Origin: Phoronis australis
Taxonomy: Eukaryota; Animalia; Phoronida
Direction: 5' to 3'
Assembly: GCA_002633005.1 (NCBI GenBank)
Contig: NMRA01000414.1
Location: 1 to 64,000, forward strand
DNA length: 64,000 nucleotides
Under the pieces are notes generated by a model, which worked only from the letters and a program-made list of their open reading frames with translations, was not told the origin of the DNA and made no database searches. Below are positions 26,784 through 38,878 of this stretch, piece by piece (position 1 is the stretch's first letter; every line of letters starts with the position of its first letter). The translations under genes and the position numbers were made by a program.

Positions 26784-27250
26784 GTTGGTTCTACCTGTGT
26801 GTATACTCGCTGTCGTTTGTTCTACCTGTGTGTATACTCGCTGTTGTTGGTTCTACATGTGTGTGTACTCGCTGTCGTTGTTTCTACATGTGTGTATACT
26901 CGCTGTGGTTGGTTCTACCTATGTGTATACTCGCTGCCGTTTGTTCTACCTGTGTGCATACTCGCTGTTGTTGGTTCTACATGTGTGTATACTCGCTGTC
27001 GTTGGTTGATGTGTGTACACTCGCTGTCGTTGGTTCTGCATGTGTGTATACTCGCTGTCGTTGGTTCTACCTGTGTGTACACTCGCTGTCGTTTATTCTA
27101 CCTGTGTGTATATTCGATGTCATTGGTTCTACATGTTTGTATACTCGCTCTCGTCGTTGGTTCTACCGGTGTGTTTACTCGCTGTCGTTGGTTCTACCGG
27201 TGTGTATACTCGCTCTCGTTGGTTCTACCTGTGTCTATACTCGCTCTCAT
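26784..27250. repeat. 31-bp minisatellite, second array
   Basis: Same unit, degenerating toward the 3' end. Confidence 0.95.
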
Positions 27251-29304
27251 GCTTGTATTTTTTTCATGTCCAGTAAAAACGTAAACGTTACGCAAACGTC
27301 ACGAGTGTGTCTACGTAATGTGACGTCATTGATTGTTTCCGTCATATCAAGATTATCGTTTAACTCCCAGCAGGCACTATGATGTATCAGAGTTAGACTT
27401 TGGCACTATACAGGTATATGGCGAAATCTGGATTTCTGTTTATGACAAGTGACGTTTGCATATAACGTTGCAATGATTCAAAGACAATAGGGGCTTACGT
27501 GCTCACCTTTCTCTTATCGATCACAATAAGATTTTTCAAAGAGCTAAAGCCACGTATTCAAGAGCAGAAAACGAAGAACTTGGGTGTAGATCAACATGTT
27601 GGTGACAAACAGCGCGTTCGATTCCCAGTCAAAGAAAATCGAGCACCTCAAGTCAGGCACGTTAAGAAACTCAAAGGTATTGAAAAATGAAGTTAATCGA
27701 ATGCGCTGACGAATTCAATTCTGAGTATAAACTAAGCGTGACCTCGTCCATCTTTAAAAATGCGTTTTAATGACGTGTCTTTCTTTTCAAATATCCTTCC
27801 ATCCATATGCATGCAACAGCATCGGCAACAAAACGCAAAATTTTGAAAACGCCCGACAGAATGCAACTTTTAAAGCCTCGTTTTCACGCACCTCATGGAC
27901 GACAAAATATTTTTGAATATACAGACTCGGGCAAAAGAGTTAAGCTGTACAGAGAAAGTTACCTGAACATTTTGGGTGCATACGCATTTTTTGTATATGT
28001 GGAAAAAACGATACGAAAACTGTACGTGTGGACAGGAAATTCGTTTTGGTGATGGTGTCCATCATTCTCAAGCTACATTCGAAGTTTAAAAAGGTCCGAG
28101 ATGCAAGCCATTGATACAACACCAAGCCATCACCCAATGCGTAGGTTTTGCACAAGTTTCTCTGACGTCGCTGTTCCTATGCCACTCCTCATTGCGTGTA
28201 TAAGAACCGGTGTTCTATTTCCCTTTGTGTTTCATACCTTGATAAGCGCTCGTAACTTGAGAATTGGACGTTCCAACTTAAACTATTGTGATGGAACCAC
28301 GTCATTGTTTTTATGTTTTGAAACATGCTTGTCACCAGAACCCTCTTTTTTACGAGTGACGACAGAAAAGTTGCCTTCACAATTGGTCGCATAAACGAGT
28401 GAGATGTACGATATTGAGTAAATTAACGTCGTCCTTTTTTAGCACAAGTGTTCAACGTTTTCTTGAGAAGATGAAATCCTTTTGGAAGCAATGAACACAA
28501 CAACGGTCGCAGTGTACTTTAGTTCAGTATATTAATTAATTGACATGTTAGGATTTCGTTTGCTTCAATCTCACGAGCAATGGTTCTTAAATTGTCACCT
28601 GTTCAGTGCTACCTAAACCAAACTAATAATGCAAATACCGATTAGCATTAGATAAGTGGTCTATGATATGATTTTAATTCGATATGCTCGGCCAATGAAC
28701 TGAAAGGGGCCTCACAACCGCAATATATCTGCACGTGCATTCTTTACAAAAAACTTAAGTATACACTAATGTTAATTTACAAATAACCTACTTCCTTTAA
28801 TGAACACTATTCTTTTTTCTACATGTTGCTGTTCCTGCTCTTCTACGGCTATATTTCTTTACATTAAAATATACTCCAACAATAAACTTTGATATGCATA
28901 CCTACAATTTACAAAATCATGCCTAAAAAACGCCATACACTGGAAAGTCGCGTGTCATTCCTAAACAGCCAAACTCCACCTGTGGTGCACGCACATAATT
29001 AGATGTAGATGAAGTATAATTAAATATAACTCCGAATTTTTAAGCAGATGTCGTTCAAATTTTGATGGGGACGGAATTCACGTGCCAGAACCCTGAATGT
29101 GTTGCGTAGACCCAAGACACTCGCGAACTAAGCACTTGTGGAACCGAAACAGTAAATTCTATCCAATAATTCAACGTTGCAACCAGACCAACCAATCACT
29201 TCACTGGCAGCCATTTTGCTACGTCACTCGCATGGTTTTGCATGATTCTGCCTTGAGGCGGAAATCTTCCGTCTACGGAAAGCACCTTCAGCTAAACATA
29301 CGAG

Positions 29305-29661
29305 TTAGACATTTCTCGACGTCTGAGACAGGAGAGCTATGTTACACAAAATCACAAGAAGCATGAAAAACACGAACAAAACTCGGTCTAAAATGATGGC
29401 GAGGAGATTCCACTCGTGCACTATGTCATTCTCAGCATCTATTCGCTCGTTGCGTCGAACCAATGAACGCATGCACTTTAGAATTTGCTCGTCGTTCTCC
29501 GTGGCCACAACGGTCTGACCAATGGTCATTTCCTGGCTGATGATGGCGGCGTTGTCCGAGTCCGAGGTGTGATTGGGGTCTATGGTGTTGTCAAACTTCT
29601 GGTATAGTGGCTCCGGCTCGACGTAGACGAACACATAGCGACTCAAAAAGTGAAGGAACAC
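29305..29661 (-). CDS. Cys-loop receptor subunit, last exon (MX helix, intracellular loop, MA helix, M4)
   Basis: tttgcag|VFLHFLSRYVF...EWNLLAIILDRVLFVFFMLLVILCNIALL...*; EW..LA..LDR is the nAChR/5-HT3 pre-M4 motif. Confidence 0.92.
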   Translation of the reverse strand: MFLHFLSRYVFVYVEPEPLYQKFDNTIDPNHTSDSDNAAIISQEMTIGQTVVATENDEQILKCMRSLVRRNERIDAENDIVHEWNLLAIILDRVLFVFFMLLVILCNIALLSQTSRNV

Positions 29662-31459
29662 CTGCAAACAAATACGATGTGTCTGTCGTTAGGCCAATTT
29701 AAGAACATGGTAACATATGTACGTGAACTTCGTTACTAGGAAATTGGGACCTTTCNNNNNNNNNNNNNNNNNNNNNNNNNNNNNNNNNNNNNNNNNNNNN
29801 NNNNNNNNNNNNNNNNNNNNNNNNNNNNNNNNNNNNNNNNNNNNNNNNNNNNNNNNNNNNNNNNNNNNNNNNNNNNNNNNNNNNNNNNNNNNNNNNNNNN
29901 NNNNNNNNNNNNNNNNNNNNNNNNNNNNNNNNNNNNNNNNNNNNNNNNNNNNNNNNNNNNNNNNNNNNNNNNNNNNNNNNNNNNNNNNNNNNNNNNNNNN
30001 NNNNNNNNNNNNNNNNNNNNNNNNNNNNNNNNNNNNNNNNNNNNNNNNNNNNNNNNNNNNNNNNNNNNNNNNNNNNNNNNNNNNNNNNNNNNNNNNNNNN
30101 NNNNNNNNNNNNNNNNNNNNNNNNNNNNNNNNNNNNNNNNNNNNNNNNNNNNNNNNNNNNNNNNNNNNNNNNNNNNNNNNNNNNNNNNNNNNNNNNNNNN
30201 NNNNNNNNNNNNNNNNNNNNNNNNNNNNNNNNNNNNNNNNNNNNNNNNNNNNNNNNNNNNNNNNNNNNNNNNNNNNNNNNNNNNNNNNNNNNNNNNNNNN
30301 NNNNNNNNNNNNNNNNNNNNNNNNNNNNNNNNNNNNNNNNNNNNNNNNNNNNNNNCCCCCCCCCCGGTAAGCCAAAGGATTGTCAATTAGGTGTCCAAAA
30401 CATCTCTTGTAACAGTAGAAATCCATGCCAAATAATACTATGCACTGAGATGAGCCACGTTTATAAAGGAACAATAAACTCCCGCCTTCTGTCAAAAGCG
30501 AACTTTCGATTCAGGCCAGTTTTACTCATAATGGGTGTCGTCTTGTTCCCTACTCAGGTTAGCGACAGTTCATAGGCTGGAGAAAATGTGACAGGTCTTT
30601 ATTGCTTCAGTCTTCAGACCAGATTTATAATAACAGGCTTGTGACTGTGGCATAGCCTCAGTTGCCAACGTCGATGGCAAATTCATTGGATCCAATTTTA
30701 ATTCAAAAAAATTATAAAAACCGAATATATTGCCTTGGAAGAGCAAGCACACCTACATTTCAATGTTTTTAACACCATAAAATGGTTTATAGCGGCTTTA
30801 ATAATACTTGAGCAAAATTACATGTCTATCTTTGAAAAATGTGACCATAGCAACCCAAACCTGTCAATATAATCAAGAGATTTATCAGATGTGGCCTTGG
30901 AAATTTCATAGTCTAAAAAGTGCTACCCTCGTGCCGTTTTGAAATTAATCTCTTCTTTTTTGTTGTTTAGGCCCCAAAATATTCAAATAAATAGAACCAG
31001 GGAAGATTTAAGCCACGTAATTTATGACAAGTGTTGATGATCTCCAAAAGTACTACTAGTAGCCGAGACATAAAAACGCTAGAACGAGTCTTGTAGTACC
31101 AATGACGGATGTGGCAGTTACCATCGGCCCTCTGATTTTACGATAATATAGCCCAAGTTAACACAATTACCACTTTTTAACAAATTTTACTTCATCTTTC
31201 CCACGACAACATTTTCAAAAATAATTACATCAAATTCAAACTAACAGTATACGATAAAGAAGCATGAACGACTGGATACTGCCTACTTTACTAATAGGAG
31301 CCTGTTTAGGCCAGTGTCACGTACCAACAGTTACAAAGTATCAATTGAATGACAGAAACAAAATACAAGTCAGTGGATGAGAACTTAACTAAGTGCTTAA
31401 GTGTCCATTTTACACAGTCCTAAGATAAACCACTGCTTCGTTGTAAAGAGCTGGCGGGC

Positions 31460-31585
31460 GAGAGATAGAGAGAGATAGAGAGAGATAGAAAGAGATAGAT
31501 AGAGAGAGATAGAGATAGATAGATAGAGAGATAGATAGAGAGAGGGAGGGAGGAACGGAGGGAGTGAGGGAGAGAGAGAGAGAGA
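31460..31585. repeat. (GA/GATA)n microsatellite, intronic
   Basis: agagatagagagagatagag... run. Confidence 0.95.
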
Positions 31586-31949
31586 CTGTCCACGAAGCCA
31601 CAGCGTAGCTGATTGTTCTAAGCTGGCAGGAGAGCGAGAAACAACGAAACCACGTGCAACGTTGTTGATTTTTCAAAGCAAGCGGGCACGAGTTTCACCA
31701 CCGAACTACTTTCTGCTGCCTCCTGAACCACATCCAACAGGAAGCTCATAGCCTACAGCTCTATCTATTTGTAAAAGTTTAACAGCTAACGACTACATGA
31801 CACATGTTAAACAAAGTCATTGACGACTTTGCTATAAGTTTGCCATGACTTTGTTCAGTGGTAGAGTTGCCAGAGCTATAGCTTCACAACAGTGAGGTCT
31901 TGAGTTGCGTACTTCGTCTTGTTCACAGTCTCAAGACCCTTTTACTTAC

Positions 31950-32036
31950 CAAGTATGGGTACGTCAAAATGTCCTTTCGGTAAAAACCTATCTAGCATCA
32001 TTAGTAACAGCACAGTCACCATTAAGATGAAGCCAC
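31950..32036 (-). CDS. Cys-loop receptor subunit, M2 and M2-M3 loop exon (87 bp)
   Basis: tttcag|(G)GFILMVTVLLLMMLDRFLPKGHFDVPIL|gtaagt, phase 1-1. Confidence 0.88.
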
Positions 32037-33160
32037 CTGAAATAAACATTTCCATCGTCAAGATAAAAAGCATCGCCAGTGAGTAGACTTGACAAAGAGC
32101 TAAAATTTAACTACTCAAAAGGAGTAGGGCGGTGCACCTTCCAAACAAGTTAACATAGTTTATGCTAGAAACTAAATAAATTAACACAGTTTATGTATGC
32201 AACATCGTCAGTGGGAAAGACTCGAGAATTTGATGAGTAGGTATGTTGTGAGCTTCCTAGGATGAAAAAACCTAGTTTTAAGCACAAGGTTAGTCCGCCG
32301 TTACACGCCGTTCAACCGTAGGCTAGTGACCTTCCTATTCCTATTGGGGGTAGAAACAGATTACTTTCGTAATCGGGGAGATTTTGTTATATCAGGCAGT
32401 CAATTTCGTGTTTCAGAATTTAAGTAGTAACAGTTATTGAAATGCAACATAAACATTGCGAACTAAAGCTACCTTTCTGAAACAGTGGGCCACGGCTAAA
32501 CATCCATTTTGTGGCTTTGTTTTTTCTCTCTTTCATCGTTGGTCCAAGAAAATTACCAAGAGTGTGTGTAGCAAGGAACCACTCTGCGTTATTTGTATAC
32601 ATGTTTTCGACAACAAAATCGCCGTCTTAATCACTTGAATGTCTCATTTGTGTACAATAGAAAAATGATGTTGTACAATTACCGGGGATTTTCGAAAAAA
32701 GCATCTTCCGAAAAAAGCAGTGGAAAACTTTTGAGGTTGCAAAGAGGAATGTTTCACTCTGTGGTCAGTTTGAAGTCTGACACGCCCTCTGTCGACAAGC
32801 GATCAACTTGACATACTTTTAACTTTCGTTTTTACGACCAAAAATGTATTTTGGGGATTATTGTAGGATGTGATAGACTTCTTGAATTTATTAGCTTTGA
32901 ACACAACTATAAAATAATAGAATGCGTATTGTTTTTGTGATTTTATTGCCCTTTTCTCGACAATAATATCCCTTTAAAAGGACTGTTGCTTTTTATTTTT
33001 GAAAATATCAAAACGTGATAAAATATTGACATCATGCCTACACTGGCTCTGCAAAGGTGTTAGACACGGCAATGCCAAAGAGGTCCCATGCAGCTTTTCG
33101 AGCTTTGCTAGTGACGGGGCCTCTTTCGATAAGTCCTGGTAAGTATAAACTATCTCGTAC

Positions 33161-33437
33161 CTAGCGTGACCTTTTCACCGGAAGTAGGGGGCATCAGGAA
33201 TACAAATGGGGTCAGAAACAGGAGCAAGAAGGCTGGCAAGACAAACACGTGGTCGTAGTAAGCGGATCTGCGCGTCACTGTGATCGTGTATGTTATCTCC
33301 GGATACAGACCAGGGCTATGTATATATTTCTGAGATGAGTAGTTGACTGACAAAGAAGTCACTTGAAATTCAGACTTGGTTTCCACAAAGGATTCTAGGC
33401 TAGCCATGCGATCAGGTTGTTCGAAATCGAAGTCCAG
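33161..33437 (-). CDS. Cys-loop receptor subunit, loop F/C and M1 exon
   Basis: LDFDF...SEFQV...QKYIHSPGLYPEITYTITVTRRSAYY...LPAFLLLFLTPFVFLMPPTSGEKVTL; AG/GT bounded, phase 0-1. Confidence 0.93.
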
Positions 33438-33869
33438 CTGAAAACAAAGAATACGGTTATAAAAATCTGATGCTACATACATATTCAAGGGTGTCCTTCA
33501 ACTTTCAGTCATTTGTGAATATGCCCAAAACAAATATTTGAAGAAAACCGTGCTTGGAAAAGGATTTAATGGAGACAAGTATTCCGAATCAGATGACAAA
33601 AAGTACTGTAAAGAGTTAAGTAATGTAGTCCTATTTCTTTCTTAAAATTGAGATACACCTATAACGACATGCGCAGAAACAATGTTTGTCCCATTGACTG
33701 GGCCTAAGGCCTTGGATAGGCACCCTTCTCAGTTTAACCTCTCAATTGAAACTTACATGTGACTAGTTAGTACACTGCATTCTTATTAATGGGAGTTGTA
33801 ATAAATTTAATAATAGCAATGGAAAACTTTGTTAATAATCTATTACTCAGCCATCGCCTTGCTCCTCAC

Positions 33870-34044
33870 CTCTTGTCCGTGAAGATTGGAAGATGCAAAG
33901 GTAAGGTTACAGTCGTTAGTGTCCCGTGGAAAGTTCCACAGATCCATCATGCAGGGTACCGTTAAGGAGACTAGGGTGCGCATATAGATCACCCCATCAG
34001 AGCGAACCCGAGGCTTAATATTCATGAGTCCGGTTACGAGAGAT
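33870..34044 (-). CDS. Cys-loop receptor subunit, Cys-loop exon
   Basis: VRSDGVI...CMMDLWNFPRDTNDC (C-x13-C) followed by NLTFASSNLHGQE|gtgagg; phase 2-0. Confidence 0.93.
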
Positions 34045-34287
34045 CTAGACAAAATTCCGAAATGGTAATTACGACCAAGTTGACAACGAACGGTTTAATT
34101 TATACACGTTAATTGAGAATGATTAATGACTAAAGTGTCAAGACTGGCATCAATGAATGGAAAATCCCTGACTAGGATCCTTAAATCTGTCTATGCAAAC
34201 GCGTTTTGTGATCCGAGTGCGTAAATGAGTTTATGCGCCCGGGTCAACGTCACGTGATTGTTGGACTGGCACCTGGCTTATACTCAC

Positions 34288-34403
34288 AAACTTCGCACGT
34301 TTTTTGGCACGATATCAGGTATCCAGAGACTGCGTTTAGCGATGAAACTGTCTATGCCGCTGTAGTTGGCTGGACTCCACTGTAGACGGGAATCGTACCA
34401 CTT
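34288..34403 (-). CDS. Cys-loop receptor subunit, loop A exon
   Basis: KWYDSRLQWSPANYSGIDSFIAKRSLWIPDIVPKNVRS; ttgtag| ... |gtgagt, phase 0-2. Confidence 0.92.
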
Positions 34404-34812
34404 CTACAAATTAAAATCCATACATCCTTGGGTACTTTACCGTAGACATGTAAAGCTACTTTCACCTTCTAGACAAGAGTAAATTAGGTCACGTTTGATC
34501 TAACACAGGTGAAAAAAACAAAATTGCCACTTTGTATCGAAATGTGCAACAAAATGAAGAGACAACTGCATCGAGTAAGATTTGATACTAAGCGAGAAAA
34601 ACGAAGGCGGGATCGCTAAAAATCGACTTCAACCATGCTCACACGGTTACCAAACTACATGATGGCAGGCCTAGGGTTATAGGAGACAGGGGCACACGCT
34701 AGACAGATCAGATACCACGGCAAATTGCACCCAGCACAAATAATAGGCGTTTAAAAAACCCTGAAAGTAACGCAACAGATGATATGTTTGTTTAGAAAAC
34801 AGTATTACGTAC

Positions 34813-34857
34813 CATTTCGAACGTTCCTCGCAACGTAAGCTCGCTGCTTTGATAGTT
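34813..34857 (-). CDS. Cys-loop receptor subunit, 45-bp loop D exon
   Basis: ttttttcag|NYQSSELTLRGTFEM|gtacgt. The 45-bp size and 0-0 phase are as expected for this nAChR exon. Confidence 0.8.
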
Positions 34858-35627
34858 CTGAAAAAAAGAAAACGGCTTTTCGCATTAAAACTTGAAACAT
34901 CTAACTCGTTATGGCGGAACACGCTTCACTGACCAAATCGTTCAATTTGTTTGTGATCAAAATTTTGACTACCACGTAACACACAAAGGTTAATACCTTT
35001 TTGGAGAGTATGAGAGTATAGTTACTAATACATCATCTGGGACAGTTCAATACTATATTAGCCTCCGACACAACGGTAAATCGCCCGATAACATTAGAAC
35101 TGAGCAAATTAATTTATGTAATTTCCTTTGTTGGCGGATCTAAAATACCACAACGGGGCCGGCGATCACATTGTACGGACAAACGTTCACTGCACCCTTT
35201 ATGCAGCAGCCCCTTTTGGTCATGACCAGAGGGGGTCCAGCCCGGTCCCTTGCGGATTTAGGAAGGCAGGTGACCCGCTCCGTACACAACCAAAAACAAA
35301 GGGGCTACGCGTTCACTTTTTCTTAGAAAATCCTGGTCGGGCATGTCCCTTACAGCACATTAGATCCGCCAATGCTACGAATTTAGAATTTATCATAAAG
35401 AAAGAAGAACATAGTTACATATTTTGTTTGCCTACAGAAGAGTGTCAGTTTCAAAACACGTGGAAGCGCCAGTGTCTGTTTCATCAAAATTATTAAAGTT
35501 TACCTTTAACTTATAGCTACAGTGAATTAATTAAAATTAAGGTAGAACCTTCAACGGGAGTACACAAATAAAATTATATTTTCTCGCTGGCCTGTTCTAA
35601 CTGAATTTAAATAAATGCTGAACTCAC

Positions 35628-35803
35628 ATATGAGAGAAGTTCGTTGACGCTGAATTTGATGAACACCAGTACCGGTGACGTAGCGTTAGGCGCAGGTCGA
35701 TTAGAAGACATGTAACTCTTGAACAGAGTGCGTTTAAGTCGCGACGCCGACGTCATTTCTTTGTCTAAATCTAGTCTTTTGTAAAAATAATGGCGCTTCG
35801 ATT
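35628..35803 (-). CDS. Cys-loop receptor subunit, N-terminal helix exon
   Basis: ...ASRLKRTLFKSYMSSNRPAPNATSPVLVFIKFSVNELLSY|gtgagt; phase 1-0. Confidence 0.9.
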
Positions 35804-38262
35804 CTACAACAGAAAATATTGACGATCATGCAATTGTTAGCTTCTTTGAATTTTTTCGAAAACGTGCGTGCGTTTCCAGAGAAGATTCTTTCGGGACAAT
35901 GCCTCTCCGGCAGTGAGAAGCGACTCTTATAAGTTCGCCTTCATATTACTTTCAGTTTCATTTCCTGCTATCTGTCGTGATGACTATCGTTGATAAAACA
36001 TTGGAGACTTCGAAATTGACAATGAGGTGCTAATGAACTGGTTTCCGTGGTTTACCTGAGAATAGTAGATTGGTTATTACCACACTGCCAAAGTTGCAAT
36101 TTTCTTCGTTTCACTGTTTTGTGCTCAATATGCAAACAATTGGTCAGCTATATAGTGACCTTGGCCGCAGGAAGACATGACTGTCAACAGGCGATTTTTG
36201 GCATGTGGCCAAGTAAATAACACTACAAATAGGATTGAGTTTAACTTAATTGCAAGAGAAATAGTCTATAAAGAATTAAAGAACATCAAAAAGGACAAAG
36301 ATTATAGACATGAAAGTCTGGTTTTCAGTTTATTTTCACTCATCGCCAGGTTCCGGGGATAACTATTGGTTGGTAAAATACACAGGAGCTATTCGTAGGG
36401 TACCAACCCCCAGCGTGGTTATCTAATACCTCTTTCCGATTGACCAAGCCGCAATTCCCCTGCCATCGCAACCCCTGCCCCTGCAGTGGAAAAGGTCATA
36501 TTCCATACCTATGGGAGTAATCGCCAGATGTCGCGACATGCAGTAGATATTAATCGAGGATGCGAATCAACCGATGTCGCCACAACAGGAGTAATGGGAA
36601 AGATAAGGGGAGTTTCGATGATTGAAGTTGAGATAGATGAAAGTTAAATGGGCACGTGCATTTTGCTTGTCACTTTCCTTTCAAAAAGTAAATAATTTTA
36701 ACGTTGCTTGATCGTGATGGCTTGAACATCAAGTGTGCTAAAATTCGATCACGGTCAGCAAGCAACACGTGACTTATTCATTATCGAAGAATTTACTCAG
36801 TATTACTAAAAAAATGATGTAAGTTGTCGGGGCTGCAAACAAAACTTCAGTGCAGTGCGGACTGCAACACTCTTTCACATTAAATGGTAGTCCGCTCGGC
36901 TGAACTGAAAAAACGGTCCGAATTTCATGTTTGCCGTGCTGTTGTAGCGTACAACTGGAACCAAATCTGATGGTCACTGACAGAGACTCGCTGGTTCCCT
37001 GCGCGCCGCTAGGTGGTCGGTAGCCAGCAAGCAGGTATCACTTAATTTTCCTCGGGAAATTTTTTTACACCGGCGTTTCAGATTAGCTAGTCGAATTCTC
37101 AAGAGGTAGCGCTTTACGCAAACAAACTGGCATGACCGATGGACTGAAGTGTAAATGTGGTCAGTTGGGCAGACAAATTTATGTTCAGGAAATGTCAATC
37201 CTAGAAATTGTTGTTGCGCATTTTCGGAGTGCATCTTTCTGCAGTTGATGACTTTTGTTTATGATACTGTCCTGTATTCATATAGTATGAATAACACACC
37301 ATTAAATCGGCCAAATATGTGTTTATTGTACATGCATGTGCTTCAAGCAAGCGACTATTAAACATCTCTACTTAAACGAAATAATTGCTGCGACGCCACT
37401 TGCATGACAAGGCTAAAAATCGTTCACAGTCTGCCATTTTTTCACGGTGTTGTAAAGCTAACCAATGACTGCTGAGGTTACATCAACCAATACTAAAGCG
37501 CGTGCCACTGCGTGATACTTGCGCGCTGGCTAGGCACCGCAACCAGCGAGTGATAGCGAATGCGTATTGCGTTTATAACAAATCGTATCCTATAAATTAG
37601 CAGTGACGTTAGTAATTGGTTGCATTGTCTAGGTCAGTTAACGCTTACGGGTTCTTTCGAAGAGAAATGCTCTCTTCATTTTTTTCTTTTCACAGTATAT
37701 TATAAGTGTGAGGTGGCAACACAGACCAGTATAAAACCGCCATGCTGTCTGTCCACGTGCAAAGTAAGCATGCCTCATCGGTGTTTTTTTGCAATATTGC
37801 GGTGGTGTTACACAAACAGTAGTCAAACGAAAGGAAAGTGCATTATTTGACATTGATTTGACTTAACTGTATTTCGACATTGGCGCCAAAATCACAACAG
37901 TCAGTGTATTTTGACGTAAACCAGACACCGAACCACTAAAATGTCGTACGTGTGGGATTGTTGGATACGCCCCCTGGCCATGCAGAGCCTCTAACCTTGA
38001 AATGATACTTGTGTCATAGACACTTGCATGTCAAGCGACGTAATATTCAGCATTAGAAGTTCAATGTCTAAAACCTTTTTAGATTAATCCTACGTAGGTT
38101 ACGTAAAGGCGAAAACTTTCGTTGGAAGTAATGACACGTCGACCCAGGCCGGCGTGCATGCGCAATCCCATGTCTCCTTCAAACTCCCTTAAAACAAGCA
38201 AGAATACTCTTTGTGGTGTCTGTAAGTTTACGTCCTAATTGCACCGAGCACGATGGACTTAC

Positions 38263-38356
38263 TGTTTGATTTCCTTCTCTGTTGAGCATCGCAGCAAGCC
38301 ACTAAAAAGACTAGGAGCCATATGAAACAACGACCAAGAAATGATGACGACACCAT
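38263..38356 (-). CDS. Cys-loop receptor subunit, signal-peptide exon
   Basis: MVSSSFLGRCFIWLLVFLVACCDAQQRRKSN plus 1 nt, then gtaagt. It has a hydrophobic core and its phase 1 matches the next exon. An in-frame upstream ATG exists at 38482. Confidence 0.8.
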
Positions 38357-38878
38357 TGCTGCAACGTCTTGGAACAAGTTGCTGTTGTGAATTGAGAAAA
38401 CAGCTGTCGACCCATCACAGCCAGTTATTGTACCCTCCGGTGGAGGGGTTGTCTGTGCTCGAATTTCGAACTTCGTTGCCATAGAAGCACCGAGACTGTT
38501 GCTTCTGGTCGATATGTGGTTCGCTTTCTTTTTTGGCGAGGTTCTTTTTTTGGCGACGTCCGTGGTAAACTTTGAAAGTGTTCATGCAACAATCAAACTT
38601 ATTTAGCGGATAATTTTGAAGCTTTATGCAACCCAGTCCAGGTGAACTCGGCTGCTTAAAATTTCAGTTCCACAAACGGCATCGCAAGAAATTTCAAAAT
38701 GTCACTGATAATGCAGGTGAGGATAACCAACTCATCTGGTCAACTGGTTTAAATAAAAACTCGCTTTGAAACAGCGTCACGATGTCGTAAACAATAACAC
38801 TGCTGTGTAGAACACAGTGACCAGAGACTCGTACTGTGGTCGTTGAATGGAGCTAATTTTACCGCGTGAGCACTTATA

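Larger units (their letters stand above)
22156..27250. repeat. Tandem duplication: copy 1 about 22156-24364, copy 2 about 24857-27250
   Basis: Near-identical sequence and paired ORFs (22403/25106, 22819/25704, 23832/26718), with offsets 2703-2886. Each copy begins after a poly-C run with Ns and ends in the 31-bp minisatellite. Confidence 0.95.

Noticed and set aside
23832-27382. Long Cys/Val-rich ORFs (CVYTRC, CILAVV repeats) in all three frames
   Set aside because: They are translations of the stop-free 31-bp minisatellite plus N runs, not proteins.
29689-30495. ORFs of 216-268 aa (and similar ones at 1155-1536 and 2500-2771)
   Set aside because: They consist mostly of N-gap translations.
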